Positions 12,906 through 24,327 of a DNA stretch of 64,000 nucleotides are shown piece by piece. The DNA is from Geosiphon pyriformis uo1. Lineage: Eukaryota > Fungi > Glomeromycota. Under the pieces are notes generated by a model. That model ran no database searches. It worked only from the letters and a program-made list of their open reading frames with translations, and was not told where the DNA came from. A program made the position numbers and the translations under genes. The stretch is from positions 440,757-504,756 of the forward strand of contig JAAOMT010000134.1 of the NCBI GenBank assembly GCA_016748015.1. Direction: 5' to 3'. Position 1 is the first letter of the stretch, and every line of letters begins with the position of its first letter.

Positions 12906-15378
12906 ATTGTTATTGTTGTGATCAGCAATTATCCATTTTTTTTGGTTTGTTTAAATAGTGGCATCTCAGATATATATATATATAAGAAAAACTCGAATCG
13001 CAAATTACCTATTCCTTTTCGAAGAATCAACTTCCTTGGTTTGAAGTCGATTTCAAAACTGTCATCCAATTTCACAGCCTCATCGTCAACTTTATAGTAT
13101 TCCTTGGCGTAATTTCGAATAAGTTGGAATGCATCCTGTTCTATTTGAACTTTTGCTTGGAATTGAGCCCAAAGCCAACCATAAGCTTTTTCGTATTGTT
13201 GAATCCACACGTCCTTATGATCAATGGCAACGAAACGATAATAGTGTAGCACCAAGATTGTAACCCACACATGAGTTTCGATGCCATTCAATTTGGGATT
13301 TTCAGAGTTATTCCTGACGATTTGGGTAATTTGTGAAGTTAGATTGTCTGCATTATTGAAAGAAATGATTTGAGCGAGCTCATCCGTGACAATAAACGCC
13401 CCGGACTTTGATTGGTAGGTAAATGATTGTCGAATATGTTGATGAGTTATATTTTGTCTGGTTATACCAGTCGGGACGATATCTATATTGTTGTTATTGT
13501 TGCAAAATCAATTTAGTTAGGGTTAGGGTTATGGGTTATTATTTTTATAATTATTGATGATGATGATGATGATGATGGGATTTGAAGGAGGGAGAGGAAA
13601 GATTCAGAGAGATATATATATATATTTCCAATTAACTTACAAATATCGGCAGCTTTGATATCGAATCGTGATCGAATAGTTTTTCTCGCGATAGAAATGA
13701 TGGCTTCTTCAACCTCCAAATCACCATTGATCTTCTTACTAATGTACTGTTCAGCACGATCGTAAACGGTTGACCAGTCTTTACGGTAGGTTCTTAGCAA
13801 ATATCTTAAAAACCAAAGGACCAGACTTGTTGTCCATAAAGTTTCATCGGTTTTTAAGATTCGCTCCTCTATCTTATGACGTTCAACATTTTTCTTAAAT
13901 AGGGCGATCAGTTCATCAGAAGTTCCGTAACCAAATAGTCTTGCCAATTCTTTTGTTGGAGGGAAACTGCCGTTTGTCGCTTGCAAAGTAATCAGGGTGA
14001 AAAGAATGTTGATGTCAAAAGGATTTTTCTTGAGATTGGTGAGGAAATTTGGACCTGGCTCAGGACCATTGACCAAGGGAAAGAATCTTGCTTTAAAATG
14101 AAGTTGTCCTTGAAGTGACAATTTGGCATTTCTGAAATGTTTTAAAAGAAAGATTGTAAGGAACAAGATTAAAAAAATTGATTTGCTCAAAAGTAAAACG
14201 TTCGGTTTTCCAAGTTTAAGGTCATCAAAATTTCTTTGCAGTGGGTAGGTAGGTAGGTAGGTAGGTAGGTGGGTGGATGGATGGAAAAACATGCATGCAT
14301 GCCATTTAAAGATAAATTATTCTGCAATTACTTACATATGAATTCCTTGTTCAGTGCCCTTATAGAAACCTTCCGACACCTCTTTGACGAGCTCCGTAGT
14401 AACTTCAAAAACGGTTGTACCAAGAGTTTTATCTCTTGTAAAAGTGTTTTCATCAAATGCCTCAATTGTGAATTTTTGGCCAATATGCGATATTGGAAGA
14501 TAGTAAAATTCGTTCCAGACCGGGTTCAAGTCGTTATCGATCGTTTTTGTTCTAATGAGTTGTTCCTTGCGATCCGATCCATAAACGACGATATAAGGAT
14601 CTGATTTGCCTATTTTTGCGATAATTGGGTAGGGAGGTCAATAGCTGTCACTACCACCACCACCACCACCACCACTAAACAAATATTTTATATCATTAAA
14701 CCATTTGAAATTTACCAGCTCCGGCCCAGTTCTCTACATTTCTCAAATCTTTGGCATTCAATATGTCCAATTTGACGACACCGATTGATTTGCCTGTTTA
14801 AAGAAAAAAAAAAAAAAAAAAGGTTACTCGATAGTATGTTTGGTGCTGAATTCTCGCGTAAACGCTATGGGACATGTTACCGCGGTTAACCACAGTAGCA
14901 AATGGAGGGGGTTGGTTAAGAGAAGGTGAAAAATTTTACCTGACGAAGGGGTTCCTTGTACACTCACAAGAATCCAATTAGCAGACTTATCTTTACCAAA
15001 ACCTTTGGCAGTAGAGTCAACCAATACCACATTGGAACCTTCTTTGGCGCTTCCTTTCACTTCCAAAACATATTTACTTTGACTTTGTAAGGCGAAATAG
15101 CCGTCTTTGGTAAAAGTCCAACGTTGATTTTGAGCTTGAGTTGAACTTCTCTTGTGGTGAAGAATGGTGCGACTGCCAACTTTTCCTATAGTATATCGAA
15201 AAGAAATTTGTTAGATATTACCACGTGATATAAATTAAAGTTGTAGTGTTCCGCGGATTTTATAAGGGTAACACAGAGAGGTTCAATGATGATCATTTAC
15301 GCGACGACAACAGTAGAAAAATAAAAAAAGTCATTGTTCTATCTATCTCACGCATACATACATACATACATACATACA

Positions 15379-15410
<32 letters not shown>

Positions 15411-15713
15411 CACACACACACGGTCAAAAAGTGAAAAGATTAAAAAAAAAAAGGATGAATTACCGTTTTCCACTTCTAAAACGAAATCAGGATTTCCCTT
15501 GTTGATGATCCAACCATTCTCATATCTCCAGAGTTGTGTGGGATCATGAGCGGTCTCACTTTTTTGTCTTTGAAGAGCTATCTTGGTACCGTCCTTGGGT
15601 GCAGTCCAGAAGAAACCTTTTTCCGTGTCAAGGACATAACTCTGGCCAACAGGTGAAGCGGCCGACTTGATATAAAGGTCCCCTTTGGGGAATTCGATGT
15701 TAGAGGATGTCAT
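1..15713 (-). CDS. Giant ricin-B lectin / 3x C2 / >=27x helical-repeat protein, 3' end beyond window. Exons 15713-15464, 15185-14940, 14793-14716, 14609-14336, 14131-13641, 13482-13009, 12782-11922, 11766-10423, 10311-<1
   Basis: GT-AG junctions found by hand. Exons 1-8 sum to 4018 nt (phase 1), matching the entry phase of exon 9. Hand translation of exon 9 at seven separate points falls in the same frame, and the ORF track lists no stop-terminated ORF in that frame over 1-10311. Total >4,770 codons. Confidence 0.88.
10860..11275 (-). other. C2 domain 3
   Basis: IGVIKIKLHQAKNL...TDPYVKV...TVNPVFDEVHYVPI...ITLEIFDS...DVSLG. Confidence 0.9.
12370..12775 (-). other. C2 domain 2
   Basis: RVFVENARKLP...ASDPYVVI...NNLNPRWNEVFYVPV...FTVNDYN...LLG. 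Confidence 0.9.
12830..12918. repeat. Compound (TAT)n(TGT)n microsatellite in intron
   Basis: Directly visible. Confidence 0.95.
14080..14790 (-). other. C2 domain 1 (tricalbin-like)
   Basis: IGVVKLDILNAKDL...GKSDPYIVV...RTKTIDNDLNPVWNEFYYLPI...FTIEAFDENTFTRDKTLG across exons 3-5. Confidence 0.9.
14965..15713 (-). other. Ricin-B / CBM13-like beta-trefoil domain (N-terminus of giant protein)
   Basis: Three sub-repeats YVLD...QLWRY, FVLEV...NQRWTF and YVLEV...ANW, i.e. the QxW pattern. No signal peptide visible at the N-terminus (MTSSNIEFPKG). Confidence 0.85.
15352..15421. repeat. (CATA)n / (CA)n microsatellite in intron 1
   Basis: Directly visible. Confidence 0.95.
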
Positions 15714-16945
15714 TATTCGTGGGCGCGTTTAAACGTGAATCGTTCAGAAAAAAACCTAAAAGAAACAAAAAAAGAATAAAGAGAAAAGAGACGAAAATGC
15801 CTCTTTTTTGAAAAAAATTAGAAAAACAAAAACACCCTCCGAAATACAAAGTTTCCGGTGCGAAAGGCCACTAAAGACGCGATCCTTGACGGTTTTTATA
15901 CTGTTACTATTGTCACTTAGTATGATAGATCAAAAAACTGGTAATTGGTCGTACCATAATTACAGGTTTAACAAGGTAATTTGCTAAATTTTTTCCCAGG
16001 AGGCAAACAAAGAAACCAACAATTCTGTTATAATGGTTTAGTATTAATCTCAATAAGAGCACGCGTATCCTGGGAAATTTCGGTTGACAATCTAATCATT
16101 TCGGCTGGGAATCACGGATAAGAGGGATCGATCAATAAATCAATAAATAAATAAATCAATCTCAATATTTACCAGAGCGAGAAGCTCCCCAAGCTGTAAC
16201 GAGACACGAAAAAAAAGTTGTATACATCAAAAATGAAGAAAAGTATAAGCCGGGCAGGGCATTGAGACAATGAGAAAGTCATTCAATCAATCAATCAATC
16301 AATCAATCAAATCATATTACACCGAAAATTTCAATGTTCTATAAATTTTTTATTTTTTTAAATCAAAAACTTGCGCGCGGCACTGAACAGGTATTAAAAA
16401 AATAGATATTGTTAAATTGTTTGGCGTATCTCATTAGCCGTGTGAGGTTGTTATCCTATCAGTTTTTTTGTTCAACAGAATCGTAGAAAAAGTTGCATCC
16501 CATCCCGAGGATTGAGAATTTTTTACTGGAAATCATTTCTTTTTTAAGGAATATTGTAAAACGAGTATTTAACTATTTAGAGTCTAGCTCCTAGCTAATG
16601 CGGATAGGATGTTTTAGGTTCTAGGCTTGACAAAAGTGGATAGACATTTGAGAAACAGGTCGGAGAAAGTCAAAAAAATAGAGTTGAATAAATTTTAAAA
16701 TTGGGATAACCACCAGTCATAAGTGAGAATTAGAAATTAAATTATCTTTTTCTTATTTTTTAGGGTGACAAAAAAATTTTGGGAACCTGATTTTTTTTTA
16801 TTTTTAACTTGTTGAATCCAGTTAATCTCACGGTTAAAGGAAAATTCGTAATTTTCTTCTTTTGACCAATGAAAAGGTAGTTTAATTAAACCTCTTTAGG
16901 CTTTGAAATTCTCACTAAAAGAAATCTCGTTTCGATCAGGATCTG

Positions 16946-17015
<70 letters not shown>
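16946..17015. repeat. (CT)n microsatellite
   Basis: Directly visible. Confidence 0.95.
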
Positions 17016-17017
<2 letters not shown>

Positions 17018-17401
17018 CGAAAATGATATTTTTTTCACTTTTTACATACACTGTCGTTTGAAATTTCAACTTCAAAAATTTGTGACAAAAATTATTAATT
17101 TCACACATCTTAAAAGAAAACCTATGATTTTTGATCCTTTCGTACTTACTCGGAGAGATTTTTATTAAAAGCCCTCTTTTTTTGATTGGGGAATTCTAAT
17201 CACAATGACTTTTTGATTATTATTATTATTATTATTATTATTTGTTTCTTATCAATTGGCACATACACACACACACACACACATACACCCAAGCGTTATT
17301 TAATAATTACATAACCCCTTTTTGTGTTTTCTAGATACTGATTCTTCTTTAAATTTCTGTGGCTTTCCATCCAATGATCTCTTATAATCTAAAGTGATTG
17401 C

Positions 17402-17439
<38 letters not shown>

Positions 17440-18930
17440 CATTGATTTACTCGACCACCCAAAAGATTTCGTTAAATTAAAAACCTTATGTCCTAAGTAA
17501 ATCCTGTTGATTGTCGGCGATGATATACTGATTTATTTTTTCGGTGATGAGATTTTTAGAAGTGATCAATCTTTCATCAATTGGGCAAACGATAAATTTG
17601 TGACACGAAGTCTAAACACACAAAGTAAAAGCCTAAAACACATAAACAAGTACCGAGAATTCACACGTCGATTACGAGAAAAAAGCATGTGCGTGACACC
17701 ACACATACTTTCTCCAAGCATCTTAATTTTAATAAAGATTTTCCTGTTCTTTTTTTTATATTTTAAAAAAAAAGAGTTGTCTTTTTTGATATCGTTCTAC
17801 ACTATGCAGATTTTTTTACCTTTGAAATGGCTTAGTGATCGAGTTTATTTTGATTAGATTTTCTCGGGTTTTAAGCCAAAAGAAATTTGAGTCTACATAA
17901 TATTTTTGAACCTTTTTTTTTCATTTTTCATTTTTCATTCGGTGCATTAGAAAAATTGGGGGAAACCATTTAAAATCCATCATCATCATCATCATTATCA
18001 ACATAACTACATTCACGCATGCTAATTTTTTGTTTTTGAAAATTTTCACCAATTTTGGCAATTCAAATATCAGTTTATCCCTAAATTAGTGAAAATCTTG
18101 AAGTTTCCTTTGCATTCTCACGAATAAAAATGTTTAAAGTTACACACAAATTTTTAAAGTTTAAACATCTGCAGGTTATATTTTAAATCTTGATCATAGA
18201 TTCATTTGGATCGAGATCATCCTTATCTTTAAAAGATTAGGAGTTAACTTTGAACTTTTAAACAATCAAGTTTTTTCATTTGCAATTCCTATCAATATAT
18301 ATATATATATATATATATTTATTTAGGGTGATTATTTCCAACGTTTTATTGGAATTTCTTGGCATTTATTAAAATTAAAAAAAAATAATAATTACAAATC
18401 AATGATAAAAAAATTTTTTTTTTTCATGTTTTCCTTTGATTTATCAATTTAAAAAACTTTAATGATGTTGATTTTTTGCATGAAATAATTTTAAAAAAAA
18501 AATGTAAAATTCTTCTTTTCAAAGATAATTTATAAAGACAGGGAGAAAACAACTATATTTATTTGTAAATAATGACAAAAGTTATTTTTGACTGGCACGA
18601 AGTGATTGGTTACATGTAAAAAAATATATATAAGTATATATTATTTAATTGTATTTTCTTTAAAATTGATATTGTTGATTTCGGTAAAAAAATTTAATCA
18701 ATCTTTTTGACCAGTAATAAGAAGTAACAAGGTTATCAACATTATTCATGATATTTTTAGTTATTTATTTATTTATTATAATATTATTTTAAAAATTTTT
18801 CTTTAAAATTCGATTGTATAGATTTTAAAACGTATCAGTGTTTTTTTTAACCTTTTGAAAACTTTGAATTTACAAATTTTATTATTGTGTACCAAAGAAG
18901 GTTGACAGAACAAAGGAGTATAAAATTTCT

Positions 18931-18977
<47 letters not shown>
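18931..18977. repeat. (GAT)n microsatellite
   Basis: Directly visible. Confidence 0.95.
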
Positions 18978-18979
<2 letters not shown>

Positions 18980-19136
18980 AATGTTTTTTTTTTATTGAAA
19001 TGATATGTGGAATCTTAAATTACATATGTTTCGTTTGAATCAAAAAAAAATTTTAAACACATATAATACAATATAAAATATCCCAATATTATAATAGAAA
19101 AAAAATAATAATAAAATTCGAAATCTAGTACTTTTT

Positions 19137-19293
19137 TTAACAATCATGAACGGTGACACCAAAATATGGACCATCATGATGGGATTGGAAAGTTTGTTCA
19201 AAGAATGGGATTGAGTTTGAACATTCCTAGAAATAAAGAAAAAACTTTTAGGATTAGTAATTCAAATCATTTTTTAATCTCAGATCTCAAATT

Positions 19294-19345
<52 letters not shown>

Positions 19346-20047
19346 TTTTATTACCTTGTTCTCTTGACCATCACATTTTAAAACACAACAATTCATGTCA
19401 TTGGCATCACTCTGAATCCAAATTTCACCAGAACTATGTTGATAACCAAATAATCTGGGAGGAATATGCGGTACAAGATCGACGGTATGGATAATACGTG
19501 ACATTAAAATTTTTGAGTCAACATAGTTTGCAAATTCAGTGTTACCAATACGTGGTTGTCCATAAGTATAAACGAAATAATTTTGATTTGAAATTAAAGA
19601 TGAAATTCTTTGTTTCAGGTCGAGAGCTTCCAAAACAGCGATGGCTTTAAACAAAAATAATAATTAAGAAAAAAGAATTTTAATATTTTTCATTTGAAAA
19701 AAAAATATTTCAATTTCAATTTCAATTTTTAAACATACTTACCACCACCTAAACTATGTCCGACAATCGCCAAGTTGAATTTCGGATTTTTATTCAACAA
19801 AGACTGAACTATTTGAAAAATTTCTTCTTTTACAGATTGAAAAGCGTTCAAGAAACCTTGATGTACTTTGGCACCTTTAACTCCCGGATATTCGGTTAAT
19901 AAGATATTAATAATAGTACTGATATCTTTGGCTTGATTCAATTGAGTACCACGAAATGCAACTACGATTAAATTTTTAGCATCGTTGATTGCTATGTAAC
20001 CTATGATATATATATATATATTTTTTATAAAGGGATAAAACAATTAA

Positions 20048-20092
<45 letters not shown>

Positions 20093-20617
20093 TAAATTCA
20101 AATCATTTTCATTTCAAAAATATATATATATATATATATAAATTTTACCTTGAGTATCACTATTCTGAGAATTAATCAACTTCTCAATTCGTGTTCCCGG
20201 AGTTGATTCACAACCAATACCACAATTCCAATCAGCAATTACCGAAAAATCACAATAAGCAACACTAGCATACTGCATAAAAGTGGCAAGATTACTAAGT
20301 GTCTCTTGAGAAGTTATTCTCATGGTAAAATATGATTTATCATGTGACATAATATCTGATTCTGGGTGTCGTTTTGGGTGTCGTGATTGATGATTATAAG
20401 AAGAAGAAGAAGAAGAAGAATAAGAAGAATCTGATAGATACACGTGAGATATAGATGGAAATGGAATCGATCTTTTCAATGGGTATAAAAATGCCTTTAC
20501 GTAATTATTATTATTATTATTATTATTATTTTTAACATTAGGTAAAATAAATAAAAAAAATAAAAAATTTATTTTAACAAAATTCATGATAAGTGTAACC
20601 AATGAATTTTTATTCAT
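19137..20617 (-). CDS. Secreted class-3 triacylglycerol lipase (Rhizomucor/Rhizopus type). Exons 20617-20149, 20000-19743, 19644-19355, 19226-19137
   Basis: YASVAYC...WNCGIGC, IVVAFRGT, KVHQGF, the GHSLGG nucleophile elbow, YTYGQPRIGN, DLVPHIPP and C-terminal CSNS...H...YFG. Hydrophobic N-terminus plus propeptide. Start codon choice (20617 vs 20587) is uncertain. Confidence 0.92.
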
Positions 20618-20774
20618 TTTTTGCTGATTTTTGAGTGAAATATTTTGTTTAAATAATTTTGCTATTTTCTTTTTTTCTTTTTCTTTTTCGAATGTCATTT
20701 TCCATCATTTATAACAACCTCTTTTATATTAATATTTTTACTCATATTCTCAATGAATTCCTCCTTCTTTCTTC

Positions 20775-20816
20775 TACTACTATTACTACTATTACTACTA
20801 CTACTACTATTACTAT

Positions 20817-20843
<27 letters not shown>
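20775..20843. repeat. (ACT/ATT)n microsatellite upstream of lipase
   Basis: Directly visible. Confidence 0.9.
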
Positions 20844-20847
<4 letters not shown>

Positions 20848-21059
20848 TCCTTCCGAAATTCAATTGAAAATTTACAATGAATGAATTAGTTTGATTCTTT
20901 CAAATAATTTTTTCAAGTTTAGAAACTGGTAACAATTATAAAGGATTCATTGAGAATGTCATAATATTACCGAACTTTGATTATATCTCCTTTAACTCGT
21001 GATTTTATTAAAATGCTAAATTCCATCATTAAATTTTTTTGCTCCAAAAAATGGTTTTT

Positions 21060-21142
21060 CCATTCATCCCCTTTCCATTTATCAACTCCCTTTCAATTCA
21101 TAAACTCCCTTTCCATTCATCAACTCCCTTTCCATTTCATCA
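21060..21142. repeat. ~19-bp minisatellite CCATTCATCAACTCCCTTT, about 4 copies
   Basis: Directly visible imperfect tandem units. Confidence 0.7.
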
Positions 21143-21312
21143 ATTTTACTAGATTAATCTTAAATTTTTCAGGTATTTTATAAATTCTTTTTCCGACTAT
21201 TTAAACTCTCTTAAAGGGTTCAGTCACTCCTTTCAAAATTAACTGTGAGAAATTTTTCAAAAACTTTATTCGAAAAAAATTTTTTTTTTACTCGTATAAT
21301 TTATAATATCTG

Positions 21313-21354
<42 letters not shown>

Positions 21355-21400
21355 TATTGTTAAAAATTATATTAAATTAATAAAGTATTTAGTAAAAATA

Positions 21401-21655
21401 TTGTGAGATGACGTGGTTGGTTTGGGTTTCTACGCGTTAGGTCACTTGTCATACGCCGGCTCACGTCACCGTACAAAATTTTTTTCTAACAAAAGTGATT
21501 TTGCTGATTATTATTTGATTCGTGATAGTTTAGAGGTTACGGTTAGCATGTCGTAGTGTAGCCTTGACTGGCTCGGGTGGCTAGTCACATGTAGAAAAAG
21601 CGTGAGTCGCAATCCTTGAACTTTATGTAATATTTAACGATTGGGCTACACTTTG
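21401..21655 (+). mobile_element. SINE-like non-autonomous element: own CpG-rich head plus LINE-derived 3' tail
   Basis: 21553-21652 is the reverse complement of the LINE 3' UTR motif at 57174-57290 (GTAGTGT...TGGCTAG.CACATGTAGAAA...CGTGAGTCG...CGATTGGGCTACACT). The upstream 150 bp does not resemble LINE ORF2. Confidence 0.6.
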
Positions 21656-22259
21656 TAAAAGCATTATAAAATATATATATATATATACATATATAATAAA
21701 TATCAAACTGATTAAATTGAAATTGGAATTTTCAGATAAATTTTTTAAATAATTAACTAAACAATTTTTAAAGTAAAAAGTAATGTTTAAAATAATAAAA
21801 TCTGTTATCAAAAAAAGATTAATTAAATTTATAATAAATTCAATTATTCTTTTTTTTTTTTTTTGATTACTAAAATAAATTTTAAAATAAAAAAAAATGT
21901 GAAAAAAATTTTTTTTACTTTTTTAAAAACTTAAATTAAGTATATTTTTAATACAATTACTAATTTTTTTAAACAACTTTAATATATACAATATAAAAAA
22001 AATTCATTTTTTGTTATTAATAAAAAATAATAAAAAACTAAATACAAAAATAAATATATATATTAAATAAAAAAATTTAACTAAAATAAAAATAATAATT
22101 AATATTTATTGATTTTTTTGATTTTTTAAATTTTTTGATTTAAAAAGTAAAATATAATTACTATCTAATAAAATATAATAACTAAATACAGTATTTTAAA
22201 TTAAATATATTTTATGTATTTTTTACATATTTCTTAATAAACATAATAACAATTTTCTA

Positions 22260-24100
22260 TTGTTATTAAAAAATTTTCTATCTTTTTTTAATATTGTTAA
22301 TGCTATTTTATTATTAATTCTGTTATTAATAAAAGTTGGTAAATTTCTAATAAACTAATTTTTTTTTCGAAATATTTTTCTATATTTTAAATTATATATA
22401 TTATTACAGTTGAAAACCATAGTTTTTATTAGTAATTACATGTATTAGCCATTAATGTCACATAATTAGCCACTTTATTTTTAGATAGTAATTATTAACC
22501 TAATCAATAACCTAATTATTGATCTAATTATTGATTTAATCATTAACTTGATTAATAATCTGATTATTAACCTAATTATTGACCTAATTATTGACCTAAT
22601 TATTGACTTGGTTATTGACTATTTTCAATACTTATATAAGCAATGAGTTTTTTAACTGTAAAAAAATATAATTAAATATAAAAAATATAAAAAATAAAAT
22701 AACAATTATCATTTTAATCCTTCTTATATTATTTATTTCTCTTTTTTTATCTTTAAATATCTAAACATCTTGAAATAAAAGATTATTTGTTGGCATTTTT
22801 TTATCTTTTTTCTGATTTGTGTAATTGTAGTATTTAAAAATTATTAAATAAAACATAATTGAAAAACACATCTAATATCTAATATTAAATTCTAAAAGTG
22901 TTAATATAAAGCATAGAATTATATTAGTGTATTATTATTTGTTAATAAACTAGATTATTTTTCTACATTCAAATTTCTCTGTTATCTTTTAAAAAGAATA
23001 GCAACTGAGATATTTTATAAGACTGATCTTGTATATTAAATCTATATTCATTTAATTTGCTTTTTAAAGTTAAATTCTTTTTGATTTATTCTATTACTAT
23101 ACAATTTTGTTTTTCTTTGTTAGTTTGTTATTCTAACTTATAACAATATTATTAAATTTATAATAAAATAGCCAATTTTATGCCAATTATTTATTTAGTT
23201 ATTTTATGATAAAAGCCAATTTTTTTACAAAAAAATCTTATTTGTAAACTTTTTAAAATAATGTGTAATTATTTTGCTGTAAAAATAAACTTTTTACAGA
23301 AAATTTTAACTATAGACTTTTCAATAATATAAAAAAAATAAAAAATATATTAAAAAAATTGTCTTAAATTCAAATTTAAAAATTATTAATAATTACTAAA
23401 ATTAGTAATTAATTAATTTTAAAATATTAGTAAAAAATAATTAATTTCAAAGTAATAATAATTTAAAAATTTATGTTTTTTAAAATAAGTTTTATTTGAA
23501 TTAATTAATAAAAAATATTATTTTAAAAAAAAATATTTTCAATTAAAATAAGATTGATTTTAATTAAGATATATTTTTTAAAAAAAAAAAATTTTCTTTT
23601 ATACAATTTGTTATAATATTATTTTATGATTTAGCAGTTTTTTTTTAATTTTTTAGTAAACTAAAAATATATTTTGTCAAATTACAAGTTATTTTTATAA
23701 ATTATAGATTATTTTAATAAACTGTTAAATATTTTATCAAATTTTTAAATATTTTAACAAATTTTGAATATTATATAATTTAGTATATTGTATAATTTAA
23801 TTATTACAATTTGATTATATTTGTATTTTGTATAAATTAAATTATTAATTGAATAATAATTTGGGTAATTAAATATAATAATAAGTAATAAATTGAAATA
23901 ATAATATATGCTAATTAATAATAAAAATTTATAATAATTTTATGTTAAATAATATCTTAAATTTTGGTTGGTAATAATATTATTAAAAACAGTACTAAAA
24001 AATAAAAAAAATATTAAATCTGTTTTTATTTAATTAATCTAATTTTTAAAATTAAGTAATTTAATAAATTGTTTTGCTTTTAATATCAGTAATAATTTGT
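22260..24100 (+). repeat. Extremely AT-rich dispersed repeat relic, inverted homologue of ~55900-56810, with a ~740-bp insertion at ~22410-23150
   Basis: Colinear matches, e.g. TTATTAATAAAAGTT..TAAAT...ATAAACTAATTT (22323 vs rc of ~56760), TAATTAATTAATTTTAAAATATTA (23406 vs rc of ~56480) and AATAAATTGAAA...ATAATTTTATGTTAA (23887-23948 vs rc of 56066-56131). Confidence 0.65.
22490..22620. repeat. 12-bp tandem repeat, consensus ATTATTGACCTA, about 11 copies
   Basis: Directly visible; most variants are transitions. Confidence 0.85.
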
Positions 24101-24327
24101 TGAAAATAACATTTTGGACAATATAATTAATAATTAATCTTGGTTTATTTTAAAAAATATATTATTATTGTTATTATTTATATTAGAAAAAAAACTAGTT
24201 ACTATTAAAGAGATTTTATTTAAGATTTTATTTAGAATTACAAAAAAATTCAATATAATAATAGTAAATATAAGTAATTATTGGTGTTTTTTTAATTTTT
24301 TGGTTTTTTTGGCTATTTGTAAAGTGG

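Noticed and set aside
13517-13531. TTAGGG-like telomeric repeat
   Set aside because: Only about 2.5 units, inside a microsatellite-rich intron.
16896-17857. ORFs 16896-17108 and 17507-17857
   Set aside because: Microsatellite-driven or low-complexity, non-ATG starts, no recognisable motifs.
19137-20617. Functional link between the lipase and the neighbouring giant gene
   Set aside because: Only adjacency and shared orientation; nothing in the sequence supports co-function.
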